Shown: positions 36,496 through 45,624 of the stretch, in pieces
Layout: every line of letters begins with the position of its first letter
Numbering within the stretch: position 1 is the stretch's first letter
DNA from: Prevotella sp. UBA2725
GTDB taxonomy: Bacteria; Bacteroidota; Bacteroidia; Bacteroidales; Bacteroidaceae
DNA: 64,000 nucleotides
NCBI GenBank assembly: GCA_002353825.1
Contig: DEKJ01000003.1
Location: 17,001-81,000, forward strand
Reading direction: 5' to 3'
The notes under the pieces: generated by a model
Told to the model about the DNA's origin: nothing
The model's input: the letters and a program-made list of their open reading frames with translations, nothing else
Database searches by the model: none
Translations under genes and position numbers: made by a program

Positions 36496-38382
36496 TTGAA
36501 AACATTTGAAGAATTGGGCGTGAACGAGCCTATTCGCCGCGCCATTGAGGAGCTTGGGTTTGAGCAACCCATGCCCGTACAGGAGGAAGTAATCCCTTAT
36601 CTGCTTGGAGAGCACAACGATGTCATTGCCTTGGCACAGACGGGTACCGGTAAGACGGCTGCCTATGGCATACCTGTGCTGCAGCGCACCGATGCCACGA
36701 GGAAAGACACACAGGCGCTGATCCTCAGTCCTACGCGTGAGCTGTGCCTGCAGATTGCTGACGACCTCAGTTCGTTTGCGAAATACATCCCGCATATGCA
36801 CATCATTCCTGTGTATGGTGGTGCATCTATCGGTACGCAGATCAACGAGTTGCGTCATGGTGCTCAGATCATCGTGGCTACGCCGGGTCGTCTCATCGAC
36901 CTCATGGAGCGTGGCAAGGTGAAGCTCGATAACATCCGCAACGTGGTGCTCGATGAGGCTGACGAGATGCTGAACATGGGCTTCTCCGACAGTATCAATG
37001 CCATCTTTGAGCAGGTGCCTGAGGATCGTAACACGTTGCTCTTCTCCGCTACGATGAGCAAGGAGATTGAGAAGATTGCAACCAACTATCTGCATGATTA
37101 TAAGGAGATTGTCGTAGGCTCGCGCAATGAGGGCGCCGAGAATGTCAATCATATTTATTATCTTGTCAACGCCAAGGATAAATACCTGGCGCTGAAGCGT
37201 ATCGTCGACTATTATCCCCGTATCTATGCCATCATCTTCTGCCGTACGAAGCTCGAGACGCAGGAGGTAGCTGATAAACTTATCAAGGATGGATACAATG
37301 CCGAGTCGCTCCATGGTGACCTCTCGCAGCAGCAGCGTGACCTCACGATGCAGAAGTTCCGTCAGCATCTCGTGCAACTGCTTGTGGCTACGGATGTGGC
37401 TGCACGCGGTCTCGATGTCGATGACCTCACGCATGTCATCAACTATGGTCTGCCCGACGATGTGGAGAACTATACTCATCGCTCCGGGCGTACGGGACGT
37501 GCCGGTAAGAAGGGCACGAGCATCTCTATCATTCATATTCGCGAGAAGTTCAAGGTCAGAGCCATTGAGAAAGTAATCGGTAAGGAATTTGTAGAAGGCA
37601 CACTCCCCACACCGGAGGAAATCTGCAAGAAGCAGCTATATAAGTCGATGGACGACATCATGAAGACGGATGTTGACGAAGACCTCATCGCACCTTACAT
37701 GGCTGATATCAACCGTCAGTTCGAATATATTGACAAGGAGGATATCATTAAGAAGATGGTGTCGAACACCTTTGGTAAGTTCCTCGACTATTATAAGAAC
37801 GCACCGGAGATCGTTCCTCCGCGTGCTTCGGAGCGTAAGAATAAGGAAGAAAGAAGAGAAGGTGGACGAGGCGGTAGGCGAGGAGACCGTCAGCATGGTC
37901 CTCGCAAGGCTGAGGCTGGCTATCGTCGCTTGTTCATCAATCTCGGTAAGACCGATGGGTTCTATCCGGGTGAGGTGATGCAGTTTATCAACCATCATGT
38001 CCATGGCCCGAAGCAAGAGATCGGACATATCGACCTGTTGTCGAAGTTCTCGTATATCGAGGTACCCGAGAAGGATGCTGACAAGGTGATGCGCGCACTT
38101 AATGGCGTACGGTATAAAGGTCGTGAGGTTCGATGCAACGATGCAGACGAAGGCGCTCCGCGTGACGCTTCGCGCTCTAACGCTTCGCTAAAGAAGAAAG
38201 AATACGGAAGAAAGAATACAGGGAGCAGAAGGAGTGGTGCCGGGAGCCGTAAGGATAATGACGGCGCTAAAGGCAAGGACGACTGGCGCGCTCTGATGAA
38301 AGGTGGCGACGTAGAGTTCAAAGATGAAGAACCCGACTTCTCCGAAGAAGGATGGGCACGCCGTTATCCCAAGAAGAAATAA
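36496..38382 (+). CDS. DEAD-box RNA helicase with DbpA-type C-terminal domain
   Basis: AQTGTGKT, DEAD, SAT, HRSGRTGRAG; TTG start. Confidence 0.95.
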   Translation: MKTFEELGVNEPIRRAIEELGFEQPMPVQEEVIPYLLGEHNDVIALAQTGTGKTAAYGIPVLQRTDATRKDTQALILSPTRELCLQIADDLSSFAKYIPHMHIIPVYGGASIGTQINELRHGAQIIVATPGRLIDLMERGKVKLDNIRNVVLDEADEMLNMGFSDSINAIFEQVPEDRNTLLFSATMSKEIEKIATNYLHDYKEIVVGSRNEGAENVNHIYYLVNAKDKYLALKRIVDYYPRIYAIIFCRTKLETQEVADKLIKDGYNAESLHGDLSQQQRDLTMQKFRQHLVQLLVATDVAARGLDVDDLTHVINYGLPDDVENYTHRSGRTGRAGKKGTSISIIHIREKFKVRAIEKVIGKEFVEGTLPTPEEICKKQLYKSMDDIMKTDVDEDLIAPYMADINRQFEYIDKEDIIKKMVSNTFGKFLDYYKNAPEIVPPRASERKNKEERREGGRGGRRGDRQHGPRKAEAGYRRLFINLGKTDGFYPGEVMQFINHHVHGPKQEIGHIDLLSKFSYIEVPEKDADKVMRALNGVRYKGREVRCNDADEGAPRDASRSNASLKKKEYGRKNTGSRRSGAGSRKDNDGAKGKDDWRALMKGGDVEFKDEEPDFSEEGWARRYPKKK

Positions 38383-38401
38383 ACTTTAAATTAACAATAC
38401 T

Positions 38402-39547
38402 ATGAAGAAAACAATTCTTACAATGGCTGCATTGACGTTGCTGGCTGCATCGGTCAATGCTGCGGACGAGAAAGGGAGCGTGAACTTCTCTGGTAACCTT
38501 AAGGGCCTGAAAGACACGCTCATCGTGATGACACCGCTGGAGCACGGCATGAAGCGTGACACGGTGCTGACGAAAGACGGACAGTTCAACTTCACCGTCA
38601 ATGTCGAGAAACCGACGGATATCTATGCTTACACACCGGGCACTCTGCGCCGTGAAGAGCGCATCGGCTTCCAGGCTATCGCTGTACCGGGTGAGAAGGC
38701 AGTGATGACAGGTGACCTGAGCTCCTCTTATTATTTCAGCGGCAGTAAGTTCTACGAGGAGTATAATGAGGCTGACCGTGCCAATGATGCTGCCCAGAAG
38801 CCGTTGAGCGATCTGATGGCTTCGCTGGAGAAGCGAATGGCTAATGGAGAGAAGCTGGATGTCTTATCGAAAGAGTATGTGGAGAAAGCGCCAGCCTTGC
38901 AGAAGCAGGCAACAGCTGCTATGGTCGATTTCATCGCCAAACATCCCGACTCGGAGGGTGCTGCTGCTTTCATCCCGCGTCTTGAAGATGTCGACGCTAT
39001 GAAGAAAGCTGCCGCCGCGCTCTCTGACAATGTGAAGAACGGTCGTATACACGACTATTATCAGAGCGTTATCGATGAGGCTGCCAAACGGGAACAGGCT
39101 GAGCAAGAGTCCGCCAAGAAGCAGGCTGCAGGCATTGTGGCTCCCGACTTCACGCTCAACGACCTCAACGGCAAACCGCTCAAACTGTCAAGCTTCAAGG
39201 GTAAGTATGTACTGCTCGACTTCTGGGGCACATGGTGTGTCTGGTGCGTGCGCGGCATCCCAAAGATGAAGGAGTACTACAACAAGTATAAGGCCAACTT
39301 TGAGATTCTGTCCATCGACTGCAACGAGACACAGGACAAGTGGAAAGCCGGCGTAAAGAAATACGAGCTGCCCTGGAAGCATGTGTATCAGCCGCGTTCC
39401 GGTGCCGTGAACACGCTGGATCTCTACGGAGTCACGGGCTTCCCGACAAAGATCCTTGTGGGTCCTGACGGCAAAATCGTGAAGACCATCGCGGGCGAGG
39501 ATCCTGCTTTCTATACCTTCCTCGACGAGAAGTTCGGAAAGAAATAA
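38402..39547 (+). CDS. TlpA-like thiol-disulfide oxidoreductase (exported)
   Basis: Signal peptide; APDFTLND, DFWGTWCVWC. Confidence 0.9.
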   Translation: MKKTILTMAALTLLAASVNAADEKGSVNFSGNLKGLKDTLIVMTPLEHGMKRDTVLTKDGQFNFTVNVEKPTDIYAYTPGTLRREERIGFQAIAVPGEKAVMTGDLSSSYYFSGSKFYEEYNEADRANDAAQKPLSDLMASLEKRMANGEKLDVLSKEYVEKAPALQKQATAAMVDFIAKHPDSEGAAAFIPRLEDVDAMKKAAAALSDNVKNGRIHDYYQSVIDEAAKREQAEQESAKKQAAGIVAPDFTLNDLNGKPLKLSSFKGKYVLLDFWGTWCVWCVRGIPKMKEYYNKYKANFEILSIDCNETQDKWKAGVKKYELPWKHVYQPRSGAVNTLDLYGVTGFPTKILVGPDGKIVKTIAGEDPAFYTFLDEKFGKK

Positions 39548-39568
39548 TCTGGAATTATTAATAACTTT

Positions 39569-39602
39569 GCAAGGGGGGCGGCCACATGGCCGCCCCCCTT
39601 GC
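39569..39602. terminator. Bidirectional terminator
   Basis: gcaagggggg cggcc..ggccg ccccccttgc perfect stem between convergent genes. Confidence 0.8.
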
Positions 39603-39622
39603 GTTTCTACCCATTGCTTATT

Positions 39623-40549
39623 TTACTCCTTGCATAAGGGCGAATCGGCAGGTATATAGTTGTAGATACTCTTACACGCCTCGGCAGAGAAGCGCTGTCC
39701 GCTGGCGATGCATTCATCCCACTGCTCTTCCGTCAGTCCGTTCTCTATATCGCGGCGTGTGATGCCATATTTCATCAGTCCATAGATGAAACCGGCATTG
39801 AAATTGTCACCGGCACCGATGGTGCTCACGGTCTCGGTATTGATAACGGGATAGCTCTTGCGGAAGCCACCGTCGGCATAGAGGTGCACAGGCTTGGCAC
39901 CACTTGTATAGATAAACTTCTTGCAATAGAAACTTATCTCTGCCTGATACACTTTGTCAGGGTCATCAATCTTATAAAGTACATCGAAATCTTCGCGCGA
40001 ACCACGCACAATGTCTGCATACTCAAGGTTCTCCAGATAGTTGGGCGTGATCTTCATCACGTCATCCTTGTGCGAGTTGCGGTAATTGACATCGTAATAG
40101 ATGATAGCGCCATGGGCACGCGCATAGTCGAGCAAACCCACGATCTGCGGACGGATCACGGGGTTCACAGCATAGAAAGAGCCGAAAAGCACAATGTCAT
40201 CAGGCTGGATGTCGGGATAGACAAAGTCGAGCTGGTCATGCGGGTGATCCTTATAAAAGATGTATTCGGCATCATTGTTCTCATCGAGGAAGGCCAAGGA
40301 TACCGGTGACTTTGCCCCAGGATAGACACTCACGTTGCTTGCGTCGACACCGTTGTCCTTCAGAAACTTAATGATGTTTTGTCCTATCCGGTCCTGACCA
40401 GCCTCACTGATAAATGAAGTCTGTACGCCGGAGCGAGCCAGTGAGATGATAGCATTGAATGTCGACCCGCCGGGGTAAGCGCCGATGGGTTGTTCTTTCT
40501 TGAAGATGATGTCAAGCACCGTCTCTCCTATACCTATTACTTTACGCAT
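39623..40549 (-). CDS. PfkB family carbohydrate kinase
   Basis: MRKVIGIGETVLD, STIGAGDNFNAG; start 40549. Confidence 0.92.
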   Translation of the reverse strand: MRKVIGIGETVLDIIFKKEQPIGAYPGGSTFNAIISLARSGVQTSFISEAGQDRIGQNIIKFLKDNGVDASNVSVYPGAKSPVSLAFLDENNDAEYIFYKDHPHDQLDFVYPDIQPDDIVLFGSFYAVNPVIRPQIVGLLDYARAHGAIIYYDVNYRNSHKDDVMKITPNYLENLEYADIVRGSREDFDVLYKIDDPDKVYQAEISFYCKKFIYTSGAKPVHLYADGGFRKSYPVINTETVSTIGAGDNFNAGFIYGLMKYGITRRDIENGLTEEQWDECIASGQRFSAEACKSIYNYIPADSPLCKE

Positions 40550-40641
40550 AATTTCTTTCTTAATTTTATTATCGGCAAAGATAATGCAAAAGAAAGAGAC
40601 TGCAAAGAATCCGTTCCAACTTTTTTCCGTAATTTTGCAAT

Positions 40642-41901
40642 ATGGAACAAAATAAGAATACAACAAGATACGCGACATCTGTCTTGCCGAGTGGCTTGCG
40701 CACGATCCATCTGCCTTCCGACTCGCCTGTGGTTTACCTCGGTTATCAGATTGCGGCAGGCTCTCGCAATGAGCAGCCGGACGAGGAAGGCTTGGCCCAT
40801 TTCTGTGAGCATATGACCTTCAAAGGTACGGAGCACCGCAGTGCGTGGAATATTCTCAACTGCTTAGAGAGCGTAGGTGGTAGTCTCAATGCCTACACCA
40901 CGAAGGAGTGCACCGTCTTCTATGCTGCTGTGCCCGCCGAATATGTCCGTAAGGCTACGGATCTGCTCACGGACATCGTCTTCCATTCTGTCTATCCGCA
41001 GAAAGAGATCAATAAAGAGGTAGAGGTCATCTGCGATGAGATAGAGAGCTACAACGACTCACCAGCTGACCTTATTTATGATGACTTTGAGAACGTGATC
41101 TTCAAAGGCCATCCGTTGGGCCACAATATTCTTGGTACGTCAGCGCGTGTACGTGCCTTTACCACAGGCGATGCCCTACGCTTCACCCGCAAGTTCTATA
41201 AGCCCGAGAATGCCGTGTTCTTCATGTATGGCGGTAAGCGGTTGCCTTCTATCCCCATCGACGCTTCGTATAAAGCTGTGCCTAATCTCCCGGAATCATC
41301 GGTTTCATCGACTGTCTTTGACAATGTGTCGAAGACGTCCACTGATAATATTATCGTTCGCGAGAAAGATACCCATCAGGCACATGTCATGATTGGCTGC
41401 CGAAGCTTTAGTGGTAGCGATGCACAGCTTCGGGAGCGCATGAGTCTCTATCTGCTCAATAATATTCTTGGCGGCCGAGGGATGAATGCACGCCTCAATG
41501 TGGTGCTGCGTGAGCACCGTGGACTCGTCTATACGGTGGAGAGTACGATGGTCACATACGGTGATACTGGCCTGTGGTGCACCTATCTTGGATGCGATGA
41601 AAAGGACGTAAAACGCTGTTTGAGGCTTGTTCACCGTGAGCTTGATAAGTTCCGTGATACCCCACTTACACAGCATCAATTGGAGGCTGCGAAGAAACAA
41701 ATTAGGGGGCAGCTTACGGTAGACTGCGACAACCGTGAAAACTACGCGTTGGACTTCGGCAGCGTGTATCTCTTCCACAACAAGACAAGAGAATTGTCAA
41801 CCATGTTTCGCGATATCGATGCCGTTTCGGCTGAGGATATTCAGCGCATCGCGCAAACCATCTTTGATCCGGACAAAATGACTACACTTATCTATAGGTG
41901 A
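40642..41901 (+). CDS. M16 family metallopeptidase
   Basis: GSRNE, HFCEH (HxxEH), NAYTTKE. Confidence 0.93.
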   Translation: MEQNKNTTRYATSVLPSGLRTIHLPSDSPVVYLGYQIAAGSRNEQPDEEGLAHFCEHMTFKGTEHRSAWNILNCLESVGGSLNAYTTKECTVFYAAVPAEYVRKATDLLTDIVFHSVYPQKEINKEVEVICDEIESYNDSPADLIYDDFENVIFKGHPLGHNILGTSARVRAFTTGDALRFTRKFYKPENAVFFMYGGKRLPSIPIDASYKAVPNLPESSVSSTVFDNVSKTSTDNIIVREKDTHQAHVMIGCRSFSGSDAQLRERMSLYLLNNILGGRGMNARLNVVLREHRGLVYTVESTMVTYGDTGLWCTYLGCDEKDVKRCLRLVHRELDKFRDTPLTQHQLEAAKKQIRGQLTVDCDNRENYALDFGSVYLFHNKTRELSTMFRDIDAVSAEDIQRIAQTIFDPDKMTTLIYR

Positions 41902-41929
41902 TGTACCTTTGTCCATATCTATATGATGT

Positions 41930-43252
41930 ATGAACATTACCGATGAAACCGTTCGATTTATCCAGCAGCACCGCTTAGAAGATGTGCGTGCGTTGGCGCT
42001 CAAAGGCTGCAAGGACAAGGCTGTCGATATGCCGTTTGCCTTGGACCAGATTCAAGGATGGCAGACGGCAAGGACGAAGTTGCCTACCTGGGCGGCTACG
42101 GAGGGTATCATCTATCCACCTCACCTCAACATGGAGCAGTGCTCGAGTGAGGAAACGGCACGCTATAAGCGCGAATGCCTTACTTGGCTCTGCAATATAA
42201 GCGAAGCAACGCTTATCGACCTCACGGGTGGCTTTGGCGTCGATTTCTCGATGATGTCCCGAAAATTCCGCCATGCGGTCTATGTGGAGCGGAATGCGCA
42301 GCTCGTGGAAGTAGCCAAGCATAACTTCGATATGCTTGACTTACAAAATGTGGAAGCGGTCAATGGGGATGGGGTAGAATATCTTCATCAGTTAGCTTCA
42401 GAAATGCAATTATCAGCTTCATATAAAGGTAGCGATGAGGCTGAGGCTAATCGAAAAATTATAATCTTTCTTGATCCCGCTCGTCGGGATGTTCATGGCA
42501 AGAAGGTTTTCCGCTTGGAAGACTGCACGCCTGATGTGCTCGGTATCCGTGATGAACTCCTTCAATGTGCGGATGTTGTCATGATCAAACTCTCTCCGAT
42601 GCTCGACTGGCATGAAGCAGTGAAGCAACTAACGGCTAACCTTCCTTCAGAGAGAAATAATGTGCATTGTGAAGTGCATGTGGTTTCAGTCAAGAACGAG
42701 TGCAAGGAACTGCTTATCATTCTCCAACCTCAGACATCGGAAGACATTCCCCAGTCAGTAGTTGCTGATAACCATCGGATAAAACTTATATGTATTAATG
42801 ACGATCAGCGATTCGAGACTGAGATAACGAAAGATGCTCAGCAAGAGCCTCTGTTGTTGGATAGAGAGTTAGGCGACGAGACCGGTCATTACCTCTTTGT
42901 ACCGAATGCCTCCATCATGAAAGCTGGCATCTTCGCGCAGTTATCCCAGGCTTATGGCATTCCGATGCTCGACCAGGATACACATTATTATATAGGAGAC
43001 CACGATATAGAACGCTTCCCCGGTCGAAGGTTTCATATCCTTGCAGTTTCAACAATGAACAAGAAGGAACTTAAGAGGAAGTTGGCAGGAATCACTCAGG
43101 CCAACATCGCTGTACGAAACTTTCCGCTTTCTGCTGTAGAGCTCCGTAAGCGACTAAAACTTAAAGATGGCGGGGATAAGTATCTTTTTGTCACGACTGT
43201 ACAAGGAAACCATGTCGTTCTTGTTTGCCAGAGTGTCAAATTGTCGCTCTGA
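41930..43252 (+). CDS. Class I SAM-dependent methyltransferase with THUMP-like C-terminus
   Basis: MEQCSSE, DLTGGFGVD, FLDPARR, KLSPMLD. Confidence 0.85.
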   Translation: MNITDETVRFIQQHRLEDVRALALKGCKDKAVDMPFALDQIQGWQTARTKLPTWAATEGIIYPPHLNMEQCSSEETARYKRECLTWLCNISEATLIDLTGGFGVDFSMMSRKFRHAVYVERNAQLVEVAKHNFDMLDLQNVEAVNGDGVEYLHQLASEMQLSASYKGSDEAEANRKIIIFLDPARRDVHGKKVFRLEDCTPDVLGIRDELLQCADVVMIKLSPMLDWHEAVKQLTANLPSERNNVHCEVHVVSVKNECKELLIILQPQTSEDIPQSVVADNHRIKLICINDDQRFETEITKDAQQEPLLLDRELGDETGHYLFVPNASIMKAGIFAQLSQAYGIPMLDQDTHYYIGDHDIERFPGRRFHILAVSTMNKKELKRKLAGITQANIAVRNFPLSAVELRKRLKLKDGGDKYLFVTTVQGNHVVLVCQSVKLSL

Positions 43253-43258
43253 CAAGAA

Positions 43259-43292
43259 TTGACGGCGGTCAAGCGCCTTGACGGCGGTCAAG
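43259..43292. promoter_or_regulatory. Tandem TTGAC-N4-GTCAA palindromes (FNR/CRP-box-like)
   Basis: ttgacggcggtcaa at 43259-43272 and 43278-43291. Confidence 0.45.
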
Positions 43293-43425
43293 AAAGCGTG
43301 TCCTTTATACACAATAATGTCACTTCTTTTTGCAGGTTTCCCTAAAGGCACTACCTTTGCAGTGTCAATAGAGAAAGACAACAAGATAATAAGTATAAAG
43401 GATAACATATAAATAGTTTAGAATT

Positions 43426-43518
43426 ATGACATTCAGTACGTTTATTGCTACAGCAGCATTGATGTTTGGTCTTATCGCTCTCGTTGGTGTCCACATGGGC
43501 AGAAACGCTGAGGCTTAA
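43426..43518 (+). CDS. 30-aa hydrophobic small protein (not in ORF track)
   Basis: MTFSTFIATAALMFGLIALVGVHMGRNAEA*; TACCTTTG promoter 43352-43359 and terminator 43592-43632. Confidence 0.65.
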   Translation: MTFSTFIATAALMFGLIALVGVHMGRNAEA

Positions 43519-43591
43519 GACTAGAGAATGAAGATTGGAGGAACCACACTCGAGAGAGTGTTATAGAGAAAGCATAGAACTTGATATATAG

Positions 43592-43632
43592 AAGGCCGCA
43601 AGCAGAACTTGTTTCCGCTTGCGGCCTTTTTT
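43592..43632 (+). terminator. Intrinsic terminator
   Basis: aaggccgcaagc...gcttgcggcctt followed by TTTT. Confidence 0.8.
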
Positions 43633-43717
43633 GCGTTATCGTTTGCTTTGCAGGGGCTGCCCCTGTGACCGCCCGCAACTACTCAGTCTTACTTTTGGGG
43701 TTGGTATCACTTTACAG

Positions 43718-43994
43718 CCTCGGAGAGGCTGACTTTACATAACCTCAGTCTAAGGAGCGCAGCGACGCAGACTGGGGTTTAGGATAGCGTCGCGATACCT
43801 GATTTTCTGCCTCGAAGAGGCAGACTGCACGATAGTGCGCTATGTCTTAATAGGTATTATTATACATAACATAGCGCGCCAAGGCGCAGTCAGCCTCTCC
43901 GAGGCTGGAAATCAGTAATCCGTTTTCCTTACAAACCCCAGGCTACGTCGCTACGCTCCTTGCCTGGGGTTAGAAAGAGTGTGCCTCTCCGAGG
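43718..43994. repeat. REPIN-like element family B, full copy
   Basis: Collinear with 36014-36294; flanked by 15-bp inverted repeat 43677-43691 / 44025-44039. Confidence 0.88.
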
Positions 43995-44101
43995 CACTCT
44001 TCATCTCGAAAAACTGAGGAATCATAAGACTGAGTAGTTACGGCTGCTCGCATGTACAATTAATAATTGTTAAATCAATTCACTGTTTTGTCGCAGCTTT
44101 G

Positions 44102-45112
44102 TCATAACTGTTTGAGTTTCAACCGGCAATCTTCTAAGATCTTGACAACTTCATCGACGGTGTTTGCCCGCAACATAGCGATACGCGTCTGCCGGAAGTT
44201 GGGTATATTCTTAAAGATCGGGGAGGCGGCGAGGTGTCGGCGCGTATGCAGGATGCCGCGGTACTCGTCAATACGTTCCACATTGATACGCAGCTGTTCC
44301 TCTAAGATGTCTATTTTATCATCGATTGTTAAGGGTGCAGCAGGTACGTAATCTGCACCCTCTTTTTGCGCCTTTGAATCCATAAAGTCGCGGCATTCCT
44401 TGAAAAACCAAGGCCTCCCGAAGGTGGCGCGGCCAATCATCACCGCGTCAACACCATACTTGTCAAAGGCTTCCTCAGCCTTCTCCGGGGTTGTGATGTC
44501 ACCATTGCCGATGATAGGGATGTGGATACGTGGGTTCTTCTTTACTTCGCCAATCAGCGTCCAGTCTGCTTCGCCAGTGTACATCTGCGAGCGGGTGCGG
44601 CCATGGATGGTAAGTGCCTGGATACCACAGTCCTGCAGTTGCTCTGCAAGGGTGGTTATAATCAGATTCTCCTTATCCCATCCTAAGCGGGTCTTGGCTG
44701 TCACGGGAGTATGCACAGCCTTCACCACTTCACGTGTGATGTCCAGCATGAGTGGGATATTCTTCAGCAGTCCGGCTCCTGCGCCTTTACCAGCCACTTT
44801 CTTCACTGGACAGCCAAAGTTAAGGTCGATGATATCGGGGTGGAATGTCTCCACGATCTTCGCTGCTTCGACCATCGAGTCGACATCGTGCCCGTAGATC
44901 TGGATGCCTACCGGCCGTTCATCGTCATCTACCTTCATCTTTGATAAAGTGCTTGGGATAGAGCGGATTATAGCGTCTGCGGAGACAAACTCCGTGTACA
45001 CCATCGCCGCCCCATAGCGTTTGCAAAGCTTACGGAAGCCAATGTCAGTCACATCCTCCATGGGTGCAAGAAACAATGGCCTGCTACCAAAGTCTATATT
45101 GCCTATCTTCAT
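44102..45112 (-). CDS. dusB: tRNA-dihydrouridine synthase B
   Basis: LAPMEDVTD, DLNFGCP, TIHGRTR, GNGDI, MIGRA. Confidence 0.95.
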   Translation of the reverse strand: MKIGNIDFGSRPLFLAPMEDVTDIGFRKLCKRYGAAMVYTEFVSADAIIRSIPSTLSKMKVDDDERPVGIQIYGHDVDSMVEAAKIVETFHPDIIDLNFGCPVKKVAGKGAGAGLLKNIPLMLDITREVVKAVHTPVTAKTRLGWDKENLIITTLAEQLQDCGIQALTIHGRTRSQMYTGEADWTLIGEVKKNPRIHIPIIGNGDITTPEKAEEAFDKYGVDAVMIGRATFGRPWFFKECRDFMDSKAQKEGADYVPAAPLTIDDKIDILEEQLRINVERIDEYRGILHTRRHLAASPIFKNIPNFRQTRIAMLRANTVDEVVKILEDCRLKLKQL

Positions 45113-45240
45113 ATGAATCGTCTATTATTGCCTTATTATAAATGCTTTAATATAATGGATCTTTTCTGATCCTTTCTGCAAAGTTACGGCTTTTCCTTGC
45201 AATAACCATCATAATTTTGGTTCTTCAACTTTTTCGGGTT

Positions 45241-45288
45241 GATTTATGAAACCAACCTATCATAGATTTATGAAACCAACTTATCATA
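45241..45288. repeat. 24-bp tandem duplication
   Basis: gatttatgaaaccaac(c/t)tatcata x2. Confidence 0.75.
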
Positions 45289-45335
45289 AACAAAGTTGAT
45301 GATGCTTGGGCGGTAGGTTGAGTTGGTCGCCCGCA

Positions 45336-45587
45336 CCTCGGAGAGGTGCCACATGGTTAGCCCCACGTGAGGCGCAGCCGAAACGTGGGGTTAGAATAGT
45401 GTAGATGACCTGAATTCCGGCCTCGAAGAGGGCGAACATGGTTTAAATACCCATCAGCTTTAGCCAGCATTCCGCCCATGTTCGCCCTCTTCGAGGCCGA
45501 CAGGTCAGGTTAAATCGCCTGCCCCGAACCCCAGGTTGCGTCGCTGCGCTCCTTACCTGGGGCTAACCATGTACAACCTCTTCGAGG
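45336..45587. repeat. REPIN-like element family B, divergent copy
   Basis: CCTCGGAGAGG, AGCCCCACGT..ACGTGGGGTT, CCTCGAAGAGG | CCTCTTCGAGG, AACCCCAGG..CCTGGGGCT, CCTCTTCGAGG. Confidence 0.85.
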
Positions 45588-45624
45588 TTGACTGCAGTAT
45601 CAACCCGAAAACCGGAAGAACACC

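Noticed and set aside
45241-45288. Functional 24-bp repeat
   Set aside because: Only two copies and no relatives in the window; treated as a simple duplication
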